A DNA stretch of 64,000 nucleotides from Malacoraja senta (Eukaryota): positions 250,001 through 314,000 of the forward strand of contig JAXLNO010000618.1 in NCBI GenBank assembly GCA_038087875.1. Direction: 5' to 3'. Positions 1 to 11,808 of this stretch are shown piece after piece. The position numbers and the translations under genes were made by a program. The notes under the pieces are model-generated. The model did not search any database. It worked only from the letters and a program-made list of their open reading frames with translations, and was not told where the DNA came from. The first letter of the stretch is position 1. Each line of letters begins with the position of its first letter.

Positions 1-131
1 GTGTACCAATTAAGGGGCAATGATATTCATATTACCAGACCTGCTGAATTACTCCTGCACTTTATGTCCTTGTATATATTAACCAGCATCTGCAGTTCAG
101 TGTTTCTACTATACTAAAAACATACCTACCT

Positions 132-465
132 GGAAGTGTTGATGTGGGAGACGAGGGGCCGAAGGGGACAGGTGGTCACTACCAGGAAGTGTTGATGTGG
201 GAGACGAGGGGGGCGAGTGGGACAGGTGGTCACTACCAGGAAGTGTTGATGTGGGAGACGAGGGCGGCGAGGGGGACAGGTGGGCACTACCAGGAAGTGT
301 TGATGTGGGAGACGAGGGGGCGAGGGGGACAGGTGGTCACTACCAGGAAGTATTGATGTGGGAGACGAGGGGGCGAGGGGGACAGGTGGTCACTACCAGG
401 AAGTGTTGATGTGGGAGACGAGGGGGGCGAGGGGGACAGGTGGTCACTACCAGGAAGTGTTGATG
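132..465. repeat. Minisatellite, ~53-54 bp unit, about 6 copies (GGAAGTGTTGATGTGGGAGACGAGGGGGCGAGGGGGACAGGTGGTCACTACCA)
   Basis: Head-to-tail near-identical units read directly; no unique spacers; lies in the intron upstream of the Ig exon. Confidence 0.95.
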
Positions 466-587
466 ACATCACTGAGCACGGCAGCTCAACATTCAGCCGA
501 CTGTCTGTCTGCAGGAAAAAGACAATTCTGCCCACAGTAGTTCAGAAAGCTGTTGGTGAACTGAACCACATGTGTCTGTTTCCACAG

Positions 588-860
588 TTGAGGCCAACTC
601 ACCGAGGCCAGTGATGGGCAGTGACATCACCCTCAGCTGTACCATCTCCAGACTCCCAGATACCGTCAGTCTTCACTGGAAACCAAGAGGCTCATCTCAG
701 CAGAACAGGAGGAACAACACTGATCAGATCCATCTGAATAACGCCGTCTATCTGATGGTCCAACACATTGGAGCAGGAAATCCCAATCTGTACACATGGG
801 AAGTGCAGGAAAATGGCTCCATTGTTCTCACTGGAGACACCAATGTTGAAGTGGATCAGG
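588..860 (+). CDS. Internal exon encoding an Ig-like domain of a type I membrane protein
   Basis: Acceptor ctgtttccacag at 587, donor G|gtgagt at 860/861, 273 bp, phase 1-1 as typical of Ig exons. Translation has G-x-x-I-T-L-S-C (B strand) and L-H-W (C strand), with Y-T-W where Y-x-C is expected. Confidence 0.85.
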
Positions 861-1184
861 GTGAGTCCAAAGCTGCCTTGCAGCAGGTATTAAATAGTTC
901 TTGATATCAAACTGTTCATCATTTTGTATAGTGAGCACTGACTCCACCCGTGGGCTTCCACACTGCAGGATGTGGACATTGCCTTTACTCTGGGACATGG
1001 TGTAAATATAAAATGGTGGCACTAAGATTGATGGAGCAACACAGGAGAACCAAGAGATTCATTTCAGTTCACCTGCATGAATCAAAGGGGATAATATCCA
1101 GTGATGGAAATAACATCTAGTTTTCAGTGTATAACAGAACAGGAAAATATGAACTAATTCAAGTATAAATGCAGAGGAAATATC

Positions 1185-1925
1185 AGAACCAGAATCAGAA
1201 TCACATTTTATTGGCCACGTAATCATACACAAGGAATTTGACAGTGCTTTGCTCACATATGTTAAAAACACGATATACAGCAGACAATTAAAAATAAAAC
1301 ATTATAATTTAAACATGTGAAAATAAAGTTCCGGAGTAAAAAGAGGCTACCGACTTTTGGCTGTTGAGTAGAGCTACGGCTCATGGGAAGAAGTTGTTTT
1401 TATGTCTGGCTATGGCAGCTTTGACAGTCCGGACTCACCTGCCAGAGGGAAGTGATTCAAAGAGTTTGTGGCCAGGGTGAGAGGGGTCACAGATGATCTT
1501 GCCCGCTCGCTTCCTGGCCCTTGCAGTGTACAGTTCATCAATGGAGGGAAGGTTGCAGCCAATAACCTTCTCAGCTGATCGGACCATTCGCTGCAGCCTC
1601 CAGGTATCGTACTTGGCGGCTGAGCCAAACCAGACCATGATGGAGAAGGTGAGGACAGACTCTATGATGGCCGTGTCGAATTGGACCATCATTGCCTGTG
1701 GCAGGTTGTGTTTCCTCAGCTGCCGCAGGAAGTACATCCTCTGTTGGGACTTTTTGAATGTGGAGTCTATGCTGGCCTCCCATTTAAGGTCGCTGGAGAT
1801 GATGATTCCGAAGAAATTAAATGACTCCACAGTTGTGACTGTGGTGTTGTTGAAGATGAGTGGGGGGAGGGGAGGGGGAACTCTTCAATCAGGAGGGGAG
1901 GATTGAGTCTACAATCAATTCCACT
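1185..1925 (-). mobile_element. 5'-truncated Rex1/Babar-type LINE, RT C-terminus and 3' end
   Basis: ORF 1435-1830(-): KKSQQRMYFLRQLRK...AIIESVLTFSIMVWFG...DPSHPGHKLFESLPSGR; tail of (TCTGAT/TCTGGT)-like repeats near 1185-1200. Confidence 0.85.
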
Positions 1926-2434
1926 GTCTTAAGAGCACTGAGCTTCCGGTTGTTGCGATGTCAACAGGACACCAGCTTTATGATTATGGTGGCTTGGACA
2001 TCGTGCTGAAGTAAGCATGCAGGTACAGCAGGCAATGGAGAAAGCAAATGGCATATTGGCCTTCATTGCGAGCTGATTTGAGTATAGGAGCAAAGAGATC
2101 CTACTGCAGTTGTACGGGGCCAAGATGAGACCAAACCTGGAGTATTGTGTGCAGTTTTGGTCCCCTAGTTTGAGAAAGGACTTTCTTGCTATCGAGCGAG
2201 TGCAGCATAGGTTCACTGTGCGGCGGCGCGGATTACTGCCGCGCCGCCGCACGGGCTCCATATTAGAAAATATTATTTGGGCTCCATATTAGAAAGGATG
2301 TGCTGGCTTTGGAGAGGGTCCAGAGGATGTATGTCCTGGGGATGATTGATTTAACGTATGAGGAGTGTTGGAAGTCTCTGTGCCTGTGCTCGTGGGATTT
2401 AGGATGAGGTGGGAATCTCATTGAAACCTACCAG

Positions 2435-2593
2435 CAGGGCCGGATTTAGATGAAGAGAGGCCCTAAGCTGTTCCACTTGTGAGGCCCCGCACCTAATCCC
2501 CCACCCCCACGACCAGAGGAAGATGGTCCACCAGATTGACACCGATTTGCAGCCGGGCGTGGCCAATGAGATAAGGGGCTGGAAAGCTGGGCT

Positions 2594-2624
<31 letters not shown>

Positions 2625-5393
2625 TCGCCTGTGCTAGTGTCGAGTTATTGGCTTAAAACACTATTATTCTGAAATGGAAGGCAAGGAAAATTACTGAAGG
2701 GTTGTTTAGAGACTACAGTGCGTTGTGACAGCATATGTAAGAAAGGCCTATGGCAGTGTCAAAAATATTATACACCTTGCGGGGCTCTCACTTAATTTCT
2801 TTTCTCTGTTGTCAGCCGGGCAACCTTGGCAGCTTTTTAAGTTGCCAAATGACAGTTTAGGTGGTTATTTAAGATGGCTTGCATGGCGCGTGCGATAATG
2901 TGCTTGGACGAAGTGCGTAGTTACCAGTCAGAATTATGCTCAATGAAGCACTCATATATTATTTATGCTTCAAATAAAGCCACAAACTAAACATATTCAC
3001 CAATCATGACATGATATATACCACAATGACATGCAGCAAAATTATAATACTGTATCTTAACTCTTTTTACACGTTGCAATGAATGCAATTTCTATTATTT
3101 CTTTCCACTTCCAAACAAAAATGTGGTTGGATTATTCAGCGTATGATCAACCTCGGTGAGACCAAGCGCAGGCTTGGTGATCACTCCGCACAACACCTCA
3201 GTTCGCAATAACCAACCTGTTCTCCCGGTGGCTCAACACTTTAACTCCCCCTCCCATTCTGAATCCGATCTTTCTGTCCTGGGCCTCCTCCATGGCCAGA
3301 GTGAGGCCCACCGCATATTGGAGGAACAGCACCTCATATTTGCTTGGGTAGTTTACACCCCAGCGCTATGCACATTGGCTTCTCTAATTTCAGGTAGTCC
3401 TTGCATTCTCCCTCCTTCCCCTCCCATTCCCAGCTCTCCCACAGCCTACTGTCTCCGCCTCTTCCTTTCTTTTTCATGTCATCCCCCCCCCCGATATCAA
3501 TCTGAAGAAGGTCTCGACCCGAAACGTCGTCTATTCCTTCGCTCCACAGATGCTGCCTCACCCGCTGATTTTCTACAGCTTTTTTGTCTACCAATGGGAT
3601 CCCACCACCGGCCACATCTTCCCATCCCCTCCCCTGTTGGCTTTCCAAAGAGACCGCTCCCTCCGTAACTCCCTGGTCAATTCGTCCCTTCCCACCCAAA
3701 CCACCCCCTCTCCTGGCACTTTCCCTTGCAACCGCAGGAAATGCTACACTTGCCGTTTTAATTAAGTTCAAGACTATGGGGCTGTACATTGGCCATAAAG
3801 TTGCTGCCTAAAAGTTTAAGAGACCCGGAATTGATCCTGAATATGGGTGCTGTCTGTATGGAGTTTTCCCCTTTTCCCTTTGATCGCATGGCTTTTCTTC
3901 GTGTGCTCTTGTTTCCTTCCACATTCCAAAGGTGTGCAGGAACCTATTTCAGACCCAACCCAAAACGTAATATTTTCCTAATATTGTCCTGCTTTTTGTG
4001 TCTATCTTCAGTTTAAACCAGCATCTGCAGTTCCTTCCTACACACACAATACTATACGATAGAACTTTATTAATCCCAGGAGGGAAATTGTGTGTGTGTG
4101 TGTGTGTGGGTATATATATTATACACACACACACACATATATATTTATATAGTTATATATTCATATATAAATATACACCGTTTTGTTTTCTCGTTTATAA
4201 CATTGTTTACAGAGTACTATGGTTACATATTCTGTTGTGCCGCTGCAAGTAAGGATTTCATTGTTCTAACTGGGACGTGAGAGAATAAAACACTCTTGAC
4301 TCTTGACTTACTTCACTAATGTGTAGGAAAGAACTAGTGTACGGGTGATCAATGGTCGGCGTGGACTCGGTGGGCTGAAGGGCCTGTTTCCACGCTGTAT
4401 CTTTAAATTAAACTAAAGACACTAAAACCAGAGGGAATCTAAAGAAGGGTATCTACCCGAAACGTCACCCAATTTCTTCTATCCTGAGTTGCTGGCTGCT
4501 CCATGGAGTTCCCCCGCACAATTAAAGCATGGAATATTCTTCACCCTACCATAATTACCCAACCAGACGCAAGTAAATTTAAGGTACCTCTTTCTCCCCC
4601 AAGAACCCTTTTTTGCTTAAGTCCAAGTCAAGAATCAAGAGAGTTTTATTGTCATGTGTCCCAGATAGGACAATGAAATTCTTGCTTGCTGCAGCACAAC
4701 AGAATATGTGAACATAATACAGAACAGGAGATAAAAGTTCAGTCTGTTTATATACCATAGACCATATATATACACAATAAATAAACAGATAAAATGCAAT
4801 AGGCTGTTATTGTTCAGCCCTGTACCACCTCCAGTTTAAATTCCTTTTAGAATATTTATGGAGGATCAGGAAAACAGAAGCGAGAGTTACTCCAGGGAGT
4901 TACTCCTGATCCAGGGTCAGGGAGTGATTCTGCGTTAGTTTTCAGCGGTTGCGGCGAGGCAGCAATGGCGGCCAAATCTCCCACGATTCAAAGCGAGGGA
5001 GAAAGTGCCCAGCGCCGACCAGTTGCCGCGGCAGTGCGCATGCGCAGGGCGGCCGATGATGTGCGGGCTGTGGTTGTGCGCATGTGCAGGGGAGGACGTG
5101 CTGGCCGTAGCAGTGTGCATGTGCAAGGCGGCCGGCCGTGCCGGCGGATGAGGAGCGAGCGGAGAACGGAGACCCGGACACGGAGAGTGACAGACGGAGA
5201 TAGAGATAGAGAGGGGGGCCGCCCCGCCCAGAGTTGAACGGCTGGTGTCCTGCCTTGGCCGGAGGCCCCCTATATTTCAGGGCCCCAGGCTTCAGCCTAT
5301 GAAGCCTAGTGGTAAATCCGGCTCTGCGAGCCCCTCCTAGATCTCCAGGCCCTAAACTGAAGCTTGTCCATCTTATATGTAAATCCGGCCCTG
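2435..5393. mobile_element. Non-autonomous hAT-type DNA transposon carrying nested Penelope and SINE fragments
   Basis: 14-bp TIRs CAGGGCCGGATTTA (2435-2448) and TAAATCCGGCCCTG (5380-5393); perfect 8-bp TSD CCTACCAG (2427-2434 and 5394-5401); GGCCCC subterminal motifs; no transposase ORF seen. Confidence 0.9.
3156..3760 (+). mobile_element. Penelope-like element fragments (GIY-YIG end, pLTR, then a restart of an upstream segment)
   Basis: PVAQHFNSPSHSESDLSVLGLLHG motif; closely similar to 28370-29150. Confidence 0.85.
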
Positions 5394-6380
5394 CCTACCA
5401 GATAATGAAATGCCTGGTTAGTTGATGGGAAAGGAAGTTTTCAGTAATGGGAGAGTCTAGCACAGCCTCACAATAAAAATACCTACCTTCAATATGGAGA
5501 TGAGGAGGAATCTCTTTAGTCACAGGGTGGTGAATCTGTGGAATTCATTGATACAAACAGCTGTGTGCGTCGTCATTGCATATTTTTCAAGCAGAGATTG
5601 ATAGGTTCTTGATGAGTACGGGTCACAAAGGTTACAGGGAGAAGGAAGGAGAATGGGATTTAGCAGTAAAAATCGATCTGCCATGACTGAATGGTGGAGT
5701 AGACTCAATGGACTTGAAAGGCATAATTCTGCTCCAATATCTTATGGTCAAAATTATTCTTATGTCACCCTTAACTCACTCATCCAAATGTAGGAACAAT
5801 GGAAGCAAGATAGGCTGATCCTGGACAAGGTCTCTTATCTTCTTCCTTGGGCATCTAGTTAATTTTCTGATAGTAGTTAGTTACACAAAAGACCAATAGT
5901 GGTGCCACATCCAACCCCATTATCAGTCTGAAGTAGCTACACCTGTTGCAAGAGAGCGAGAGCGAGAGAGAGAAAATTAAATTCTCAGTTATCATTGAAA
6001 TATCAGCAAAGTTTAAAACCTTTGAAGTTTTATCAACTATAAATGGGTTCACTTATTTGCTATAATAACAATCATCAACATAAGAAAATGGCCTTGTTGA
6101 CCTCTACACTGCAAATAGTCATCTATTTCTGACTTACTTGATTCTTTAAATTCTTAATTAAATGCTGCAGATAAAATCTCAATACCATAATACTAATATG
6201 AGCTTAATGATTTTTCATTGATCATTTTAAGCACATCCATCCTCTATATAAATACATAAATCTAAAACTTTATTACTTTTTAATTAGATATGAACAGTGC
6301 TAGTATAATTTAGATAATAAAATCATTACAAAGTTGTTATTGATCAATAAATGTTTAAAATGCACTATATATGCCAACAG

Positions 6381-6553
6381 AGAGGGCAGTGAAAGAAGAT
6401 ATAAAGATTAGGATCGTGACTGGAGCTGTAATCGTTCCTCTCATTCTCCTGGGGATCATCCTTGGAATTGGTTGCTGGAAGAAGAGGAAAAAGATAAAAC
6501 CTTTCAATGAACAGTGCCAGCTGACAACAGCAGAGACCAGGAGAGGACCATGA
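6381..6553 (+). CDS. Probable last coding exon (stalk, transmembrane helix, short basic tail) of the same Ig-superfamily gene
   Basis: AG at 6379-6380 in phase 1, compatible with the 860 donor. Reads ERAVKEDIKIR-IVTGAVIVPLILLGIILGIGCW-KKRKK...RRGP-stop; hydrophobic run followed by a basic stop-transfer motif. Polypyrimidine tract is weak. Confidence 0.75.
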
Positions 6554-6569
6554 AGTACAATCAGCTTCC

Positions 6570-7065
6570 TTTGGGATGCAGAGGAGGTCTACCGGAATGA
6601 TGCTTGGATTAGTGGGGTATTAGCCACAGGGAAAAGTTGGACAGACTGGACAGTTGGATTGTTTTCTCTGGAATGTCGGGGATTGAGGGGAGACCTGACA
6701 GTAATATATCAAACTGGGAGGAGTAGAGATAGGGTAGACCATCCGACTTTTTACCCAGGAAGGAAATATCAAATAAGAGCAGGTACAGCTTTACAATGAG
6801 TGGCAAAGTTTAAAAAAGATGTGCAGGACAAGTGTTTTACGCCAAGGGTGGCGAGTGACTGGAATGTGCTGCCGGGGGTGGTGGTGGAAACAGATATGAT
6901 AGTGGCATTTAAGAGACTTTTAGATAGGCACTTGTATATGCAGGGAATGGATGGATATGGATTATGTGCAAGCAGATAACAATTGGTCTTGGCATCATGT
7001 TCGGCACAAACATTGTGGGTCAAAGGGCCTGTTATTGTGCTGTACTGTTCTATGTTCTATGCTCT
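6570..7065 (+). mobile_element. CR1 LINE 3' fragment in the putative 3' UTR of the Ig gene
   Basis: CR1 C-terminal sequence and (TTCTATG)n tail at about 7045-7062. Confidence 0.75.
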
Positions 7066-9056
7066 TTATTGTATCAATGCTGACTGATGACTTTACATTC
7101 AGCCATTAATTTTTCAAGTGCTGTCTTCACTGCAGTTACCCTGTGATTCCAATGTCATACATTGCGCCACATTTTGGAATAAAAGGTCGCCTATTTGATT
7201 GATTGATACTTTATTTCCATATGTGTCATGTCACAGTGAAATTCTTTGTTTTGCATGACATACAAAGAGTCACCATATATAGGGTGTCGACGCAGTTACA
7301 AAGTAATCATTACAGTTCCCAATGGTCCCTCTTTGTTCTGGCAGCCCCTCCATGTTGGGTCCCTCTTTAAAATAGTTACGAAGAAGATTTATTTTCCAGG
7401 AGGTGTATGATTTGCCTGAACTTTCTATTCCAGCTGTGAAGACAAGGTGAATGAATATTTTCCAGGTTGAGATATAGAGAGTTTTAGATCAGAAATGAAT
7501 CAAAGAGAGCAGGAATAATGCGGTAAACTGATCGAAATCAGATTGGACATAATGTTATTGAATGATGCAGTCTTTTCAAGGGGGCTTACAGCTGATTACT
7601 AATCTTATTTTATATAAAACATAAAAATGTTCATCTCAGGAAGAGGTCCTTTGGCCCACAATGACTGTGGTGAACATGATGAGATGCTAAACTGATCCCA
7701 TTCAACTGCAACATGATCCATATCCCTCTATTTCCTGCAGATCAGATTGTCAATCTAACTCTCAAACATCATATACTTATCTGGCCAGAGATAGACACAA
7801 AAAGCTGTAGAAACTCACCGGATCAGACAGCATCTCTGGATACAAGACATAGGTGACATTTCGGGATGAGACCCTTGTTCAGACTCCAGAAATGCTGTTT
7901 GACCCGCTGAGTTACTCCAGCTTTTTGAGCCTATCTTCGGTTTAAACCTGCATCTGCAGTTTCTTCCTAGTTATTTTGCCACTTCTCTTTGTCACATACT
8001 GTAACCTGCATTCCGTGTTCACATACCTGATGGTGTAGTGGAGAAGTAATTGCCTTTGCATTTAATGCTTCACTCAGTGCTTCAAGTATTTGATGGGCCA
8101 GTCAACAAGGATCTTTGTTTTCAATACGAACCATGCTCTACACCACAGCTTACATAATATTGCTTAGTTTAGTTGAGTTATAGAGCATGGATGCAGAGCC
8201 TTCAGCTCATCGAGTTGATACCATCCATCTTGCACACCAGTTCTATGTTATCCCTCTTTCACATCCTCTTTCGATACACTAGGGCAATTTTACAAAGGCC
8301 AACTCAGCTACAAACCTGCACATCATTGAGATGTGCGAGGAAACCGAAGCACCGGGAGAAATCCCACGTGCTCACAGGGAGAACATGCAAACTCCACATA
8401 GACAACATCCCAGTACCATGTCCTGTGAATATTTATGGAACACGGTAACGTATGGGGGCTGTGTTTTCTTAACCCTACAGAGCACTGGGAACAATACTCA
8501 TTATCAAAGCTGTGGTGTAATAGCTGTGGAAGTGTTTTATGTGCAACAGACCGAGAATTTCATTGTATATCCACCAGTGTCATTTCTGAATTATGAGCAT
8601 TTAATAAAATAATTTTGAATGAGTTTTACCAAGACGTTAGCATGCTATATACTTGTTTTGTCATTGTTAATACTACAGACAGCTATTTACTCAATCATAA
8701 GTTCATAAGATCATAAGTGATAGGAACAGAATTAGGTCATTCGTCCCATCTATCATGGCTGATCTATCCTATCCTCCAAACCCCATTTTCTTGCCTTCTC
8801 CCCATAACCCCTGACACCCGTACTATTGAAGAATCTATCTTTCTCTGCCTTAAAAATTTTTCCATTGACAGCCTCCACAGCCTTCAGTGGCAGAATTCCA
8901 CAGATTCACCACCCTCTGAATAAAGAAATTCCTCCTCATCTCCTTTCTAAAGGAGTGTACTTTAATTGTGAGGCTTTGCCCTCTGCTGAGATGCTCCCAC
9001 TAGTGGAAACATCCTCTCAACATCCACTCTATCCAGGCCTTTCACTATTTGGTAAC

Positions 9057-9269
9057 TGTAGATGGTTTATGCATGCAACCAATAATATAGCTACCTCAGT
9101 ACTACTAACCACGCCTTAGTTATCAAGTATAAGAACTCTGTCCCTCTTGCTCCTCCCTGGTTCAAGCATGATGACAGACTGGGTGCAGTCAGTGCTGGAA
9201 AGTGTTTAACCTGTGTTATCATTAAACGTTAAGTAAAGCTACAAGTGAGTCAGACTTAACATCTTTACA
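9057..9269 (+). repeat. 5' LTR (213 bp)
   Basis: Matches 11594-11808 with about 4 substitutions and one 2-bp indel. Confidence 0.95.
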
Positions 9270-9360
9270 TGGTGTCAGCAAGTTAAAACGCGCGCCTCCT
9301 GCTTATCGTTTTTTTATTTCTTTGAAAGTGTTGCTTTATCGGAGTTTTGTACCTTTTGCC

Positions 9361-10065
9361 ATGGCATCCTCGTGCCGCAAACCCTTGCCCCTAGTCTTTG
9401 ATGCTGACATAGCTTAACGCTGGGCGACTTTTGAAATGGACTTCACACATTACATTAATATCGTTCATCGTAACGATCCTGACATTGTTAAAGCTTCTCT
9501 CCTACTGAACCTTGCTAGTCCCGATGCCATGAGGAGAGCACGAGCCTTCGCCTATGATCCCGCGGTCCGGGATGAAAACGATCGGGTTCAAGTACCTGTG
9601 GAGTCTGCCAACGATCCGGTATGTCTATTGCGAAAGTTTGCAGAAATTTGCGACTTGCTCTCTAATCGCATTTTAGAGCGAGCCAATTTTTTTACGAGAA
9701 AGCAACAGCCTGATGAACCTGTTGAATGCATTATTGCGGATCTGCGCTATCTCGCCCAGAGGTGTCGATTTGAAAACATGACTGACCAGCTTACCAGGGA
9801 CATTCTAGTGACAGGTATGCTGGATCAGAAATTGCGATCGGAGCTATTGAGAAGGCCGGATCTTACTCTGACCGACGCAATGCATGCATGCAGGTTGGCT
9901 GAAGTCGTTGACCCGTTGTTCGGACAAAGGGACGCTGTTGGTCGATCGGTCAACTTAACTGGTCTCAACAGACCGCGTCCTAAAATAGACAACTCTAGAC
10001 CCGTGCTGCGGGCAGGCTACGTCCCCGGAGGACGGGTTGCCGTCTGTCGGGCCACCCATGCTTGA
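9361..10065 (+). pseudogene. gag: gag of the Gypsy element (early in-frame stop, truncated by the internal deletion)
   Basis: ATG at 9361 (MASSCRKPLPL...), TAA at 9415-9417, then frame continues ERANFFTRKQQPDEPVE...LRYLAQRCRF...RDILVTG (retrotransposon gag). Confidence 0.85.
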
Positions 10066-11524
10066 TGATGGCTGCCAGCTGCAGTGCCTGGTCGAGCACA
10101 CCGCCGCTGACCCTGCTTTGCAGCAGCTGGCAGCCATCATCAAGCGTGGGTGGCCCGACAGACGCACCAATTTGCCATCGGGTGCCCAACCGTTCTTCCT
10201 TGTCCGCGATGAGCTGGTGATCCAGGATGGGGTTATCATCAAAGGCCACAAGGTCGTGGTCCCAGCCTCTCTGTATGATCTATACTACAACGCAGCCCAC
10301 AACGGTCATCCTGGGGTCGAGGCCACTGTTTCTCATGCCCAGGGACAATTCTACTGGCCTAGCATGGCCAAATACATCAGGAACCGTGTGTCCTCTTGTG
10401 CCTCCTGCAACAACCTTACCCCACACCAGCAGCGCCAGCCTCTTTTGCAGCAGCCGGCGCCGGCCATGCCCTGGACATCGCTGGCTGCCGATATATTCGA
10501 ATGGCAGGGGAAGCAGTTTCTCATCCTGGTGGACTCATACTCCAACTGGTTCGAGGTGGACCTCCTTCCGTCCGTCACCTCCGGGATGGTCATCGCCAAA
10601 ATGCGGGAGCATTTCGCCGCCCACGGTGTCCCTGTCCGTTTGCAGACCGACAATGGACGGCAATTCACAAGTGCCGAATTCAAAGCTTTCGCTGCGAGGT
10701 GGAACTTCCATCACTACACCAGTAGCCCTGAGTACCCTCAGAGTAACGGCCTGGCCGAACGGGCCGTGCGGAGTGCTAAGGGCCTGATGGAGCAGTCCCG
10801 CCTGTCTAACTGCGATTTCTACCTGGGCTTACTAAACCTACGTAACGTCTCACGGGACCCGGCTATGGGTTCCCCTGCCCAGCGTCTGATGTCAAGGGTT
10901 ACAAGACCACCTATGCCAATCGTCCAGCAGTCCCTGCTACCGAAAGTGCTCAATCCTGCCACTGTCCAACAACGGATCGATCAGAAACATGAAGTTCAAC
11001 GACGGTCCCACGACAGGTCCTGCCGCCCTCTACTGCCTCTACTACCCTGGCAGGTCGTTCGGATGCGGACCACCACCGGCTATTCCCGCCTCGCGACTGT
11101 GATTGGTGTGGACGACTCTCCAAGATCCTACCTGGTGGATTACGAGGGGACTGCCTATCGACGGAGCCGTCAACACCTGTTGGCTGTGAACGAGCCGAAG
11201 CTTCTTCCTGCGGCTCCTTATGCTCCTCCGTTGCGGTTCCTACCTGCTGCTGCTGATCGCCCTGCTGCTCCATGCATGCCCCAGTCCCCTCGCTTATTGC
11301 GGTCTCCTTCTCCGTTGCCTCCTGGTTTTGGCCGGGCGGTTTCACCTCCTGCACGTCCTCCCCCTCCTGTCTCTCCCGCTCCGACTGCATCTCCCCCTCC
11401 CTTAACATTCTTGCCTGCCTCCGCTACGCCTTCTCTTCTTTCCGATGGGGGGGGGGGAGGTGCTGTACGTACGCGTTTGGGTCGCATTGTTAAGCCGCCT
11501 GTCCGCTACGGCGACTTTGTCTAA
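10037..11524 (+). CDS. Retrotransposon integrase (C-terminal part of pol), open frame
   Basis: HHCC zinc finger (AHNGHPG...CASC), DDE core (ADIF, TDNGRQF, SNGLAERAV), Pro-rich tail and RTRLGRIVKPPVRY end; no protease, RT or RNase H upstream. Confidence 0.9.
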   Translation: MPSVGPPMLDDGCQLQCLVEHTAADPALQQLAAIIKRGWPDRRTNLPSGAQPFFLVRDELVIQDGVIIKGHKVVVPASLYDLYYNAAHNGHPGVEATVSHAQGQFYWPSMAKYIRNRVSSCASCNNLTPHQQRQPLLQQPAPAMPWTSLAADIFEWQGKQFLILVDSYSNWFEVDLLPSVTSGMVIAKMREHFAAHGVPVRLQTDNGRQFTSAEFKAFAARWNFHHYTSSPEYPQSNGLAERAVRSAKGLMEQSRLSNCDFYLGLLNLRNVSRDPAMGSPAQRLMSRVTRPPMPIVQQSLLPKVLNPATVQQRIDQKHEVQRRSHDRSCRPLLPLLPWQVVRMRTTTGYSRLATVIGVDDSPRSYLVDYEGTAYRRSRQHLLAVNEPKLLPAAPYAPPLRFLPAAADRPAAPCMPQSPRLLRSPSPLPPGFGRAVSPPARPPPPVSPAPTASPPPLTFLPASATPSLLSDGGGGGAVRTRLGRIVKPPVRYGDFV

Positions 11525-11593
11525 ACTCGCATGTTTATTGTAATGACACTGTCCCAATTGCCTCCATGTGTATTTGATTTCTAAGGGGAAGGA

Positions 11594-11808
11594 TGTAGAT
11601 GGTTTATGCATGCAACCAATAATATAGCTACCTCAGTACTACTAACCACGCCTTAGTTATCAAGTATAAGAACTCTCTCTCCCTCTTGCTCCTCCCTGGT
11701 TCCATCATGATGACAGACTGGGTGCAGTAAGTGCTGGAAAGTGTTTAACCTGTGTTATCATTAAACGTTAAGTAAAGCTACAAGTGAGTCAGACTTAACA
11801 TCTTTACA
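11594..11808 (+). repeat. 3' LTR (215 bp)
   Basis: Direct repeat of 9057-9269, preceded by a polypurine tract. Confidence 0.95.

Larger units (their letters stand above)
2000..5750 (+). mobile_element. Degenerate CR1 LINE 3' fragments (2000-2434 and 5394-5750) split by a hAT insertion
   Basis: RPNLEYCVQFWSPSLRKD motif at 2128-2180; CR1 sequence resumes after 5401 and ends in a typical 3' tail. Confidence 0.8.
9057..11808 (+). mobile_element. Internally deleted Gypsy/Ty3 LTR retrotransposon inserted in an antisense CR1 fragment
   Basis: TG...CA LTRs at 9057-9269 and 11594-11808; PBS TGGTGTCAG at 9270; PPT AAGGGGAAGGA at 11583-11593; TSD GTAAC/GTAAG; host CR1 continues on both sides (about 8695-9056 and 11809-11885). 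Confidence 0.95.

Noticed and set aside
132..465. Regular repeat array that might suggest CRISPR or a repeat protein
   Set aside because: No unique spacers, eukaryotic context, and unit length varies between 53 and 54 bp so no frame is kept
588..6553. Assigning CD4 or LAG3 as the gene symbol
   Set aside because: Only one Ig exon and the TM exon are in view, and no clear Lck-binding or other diagnostic tail motif is present
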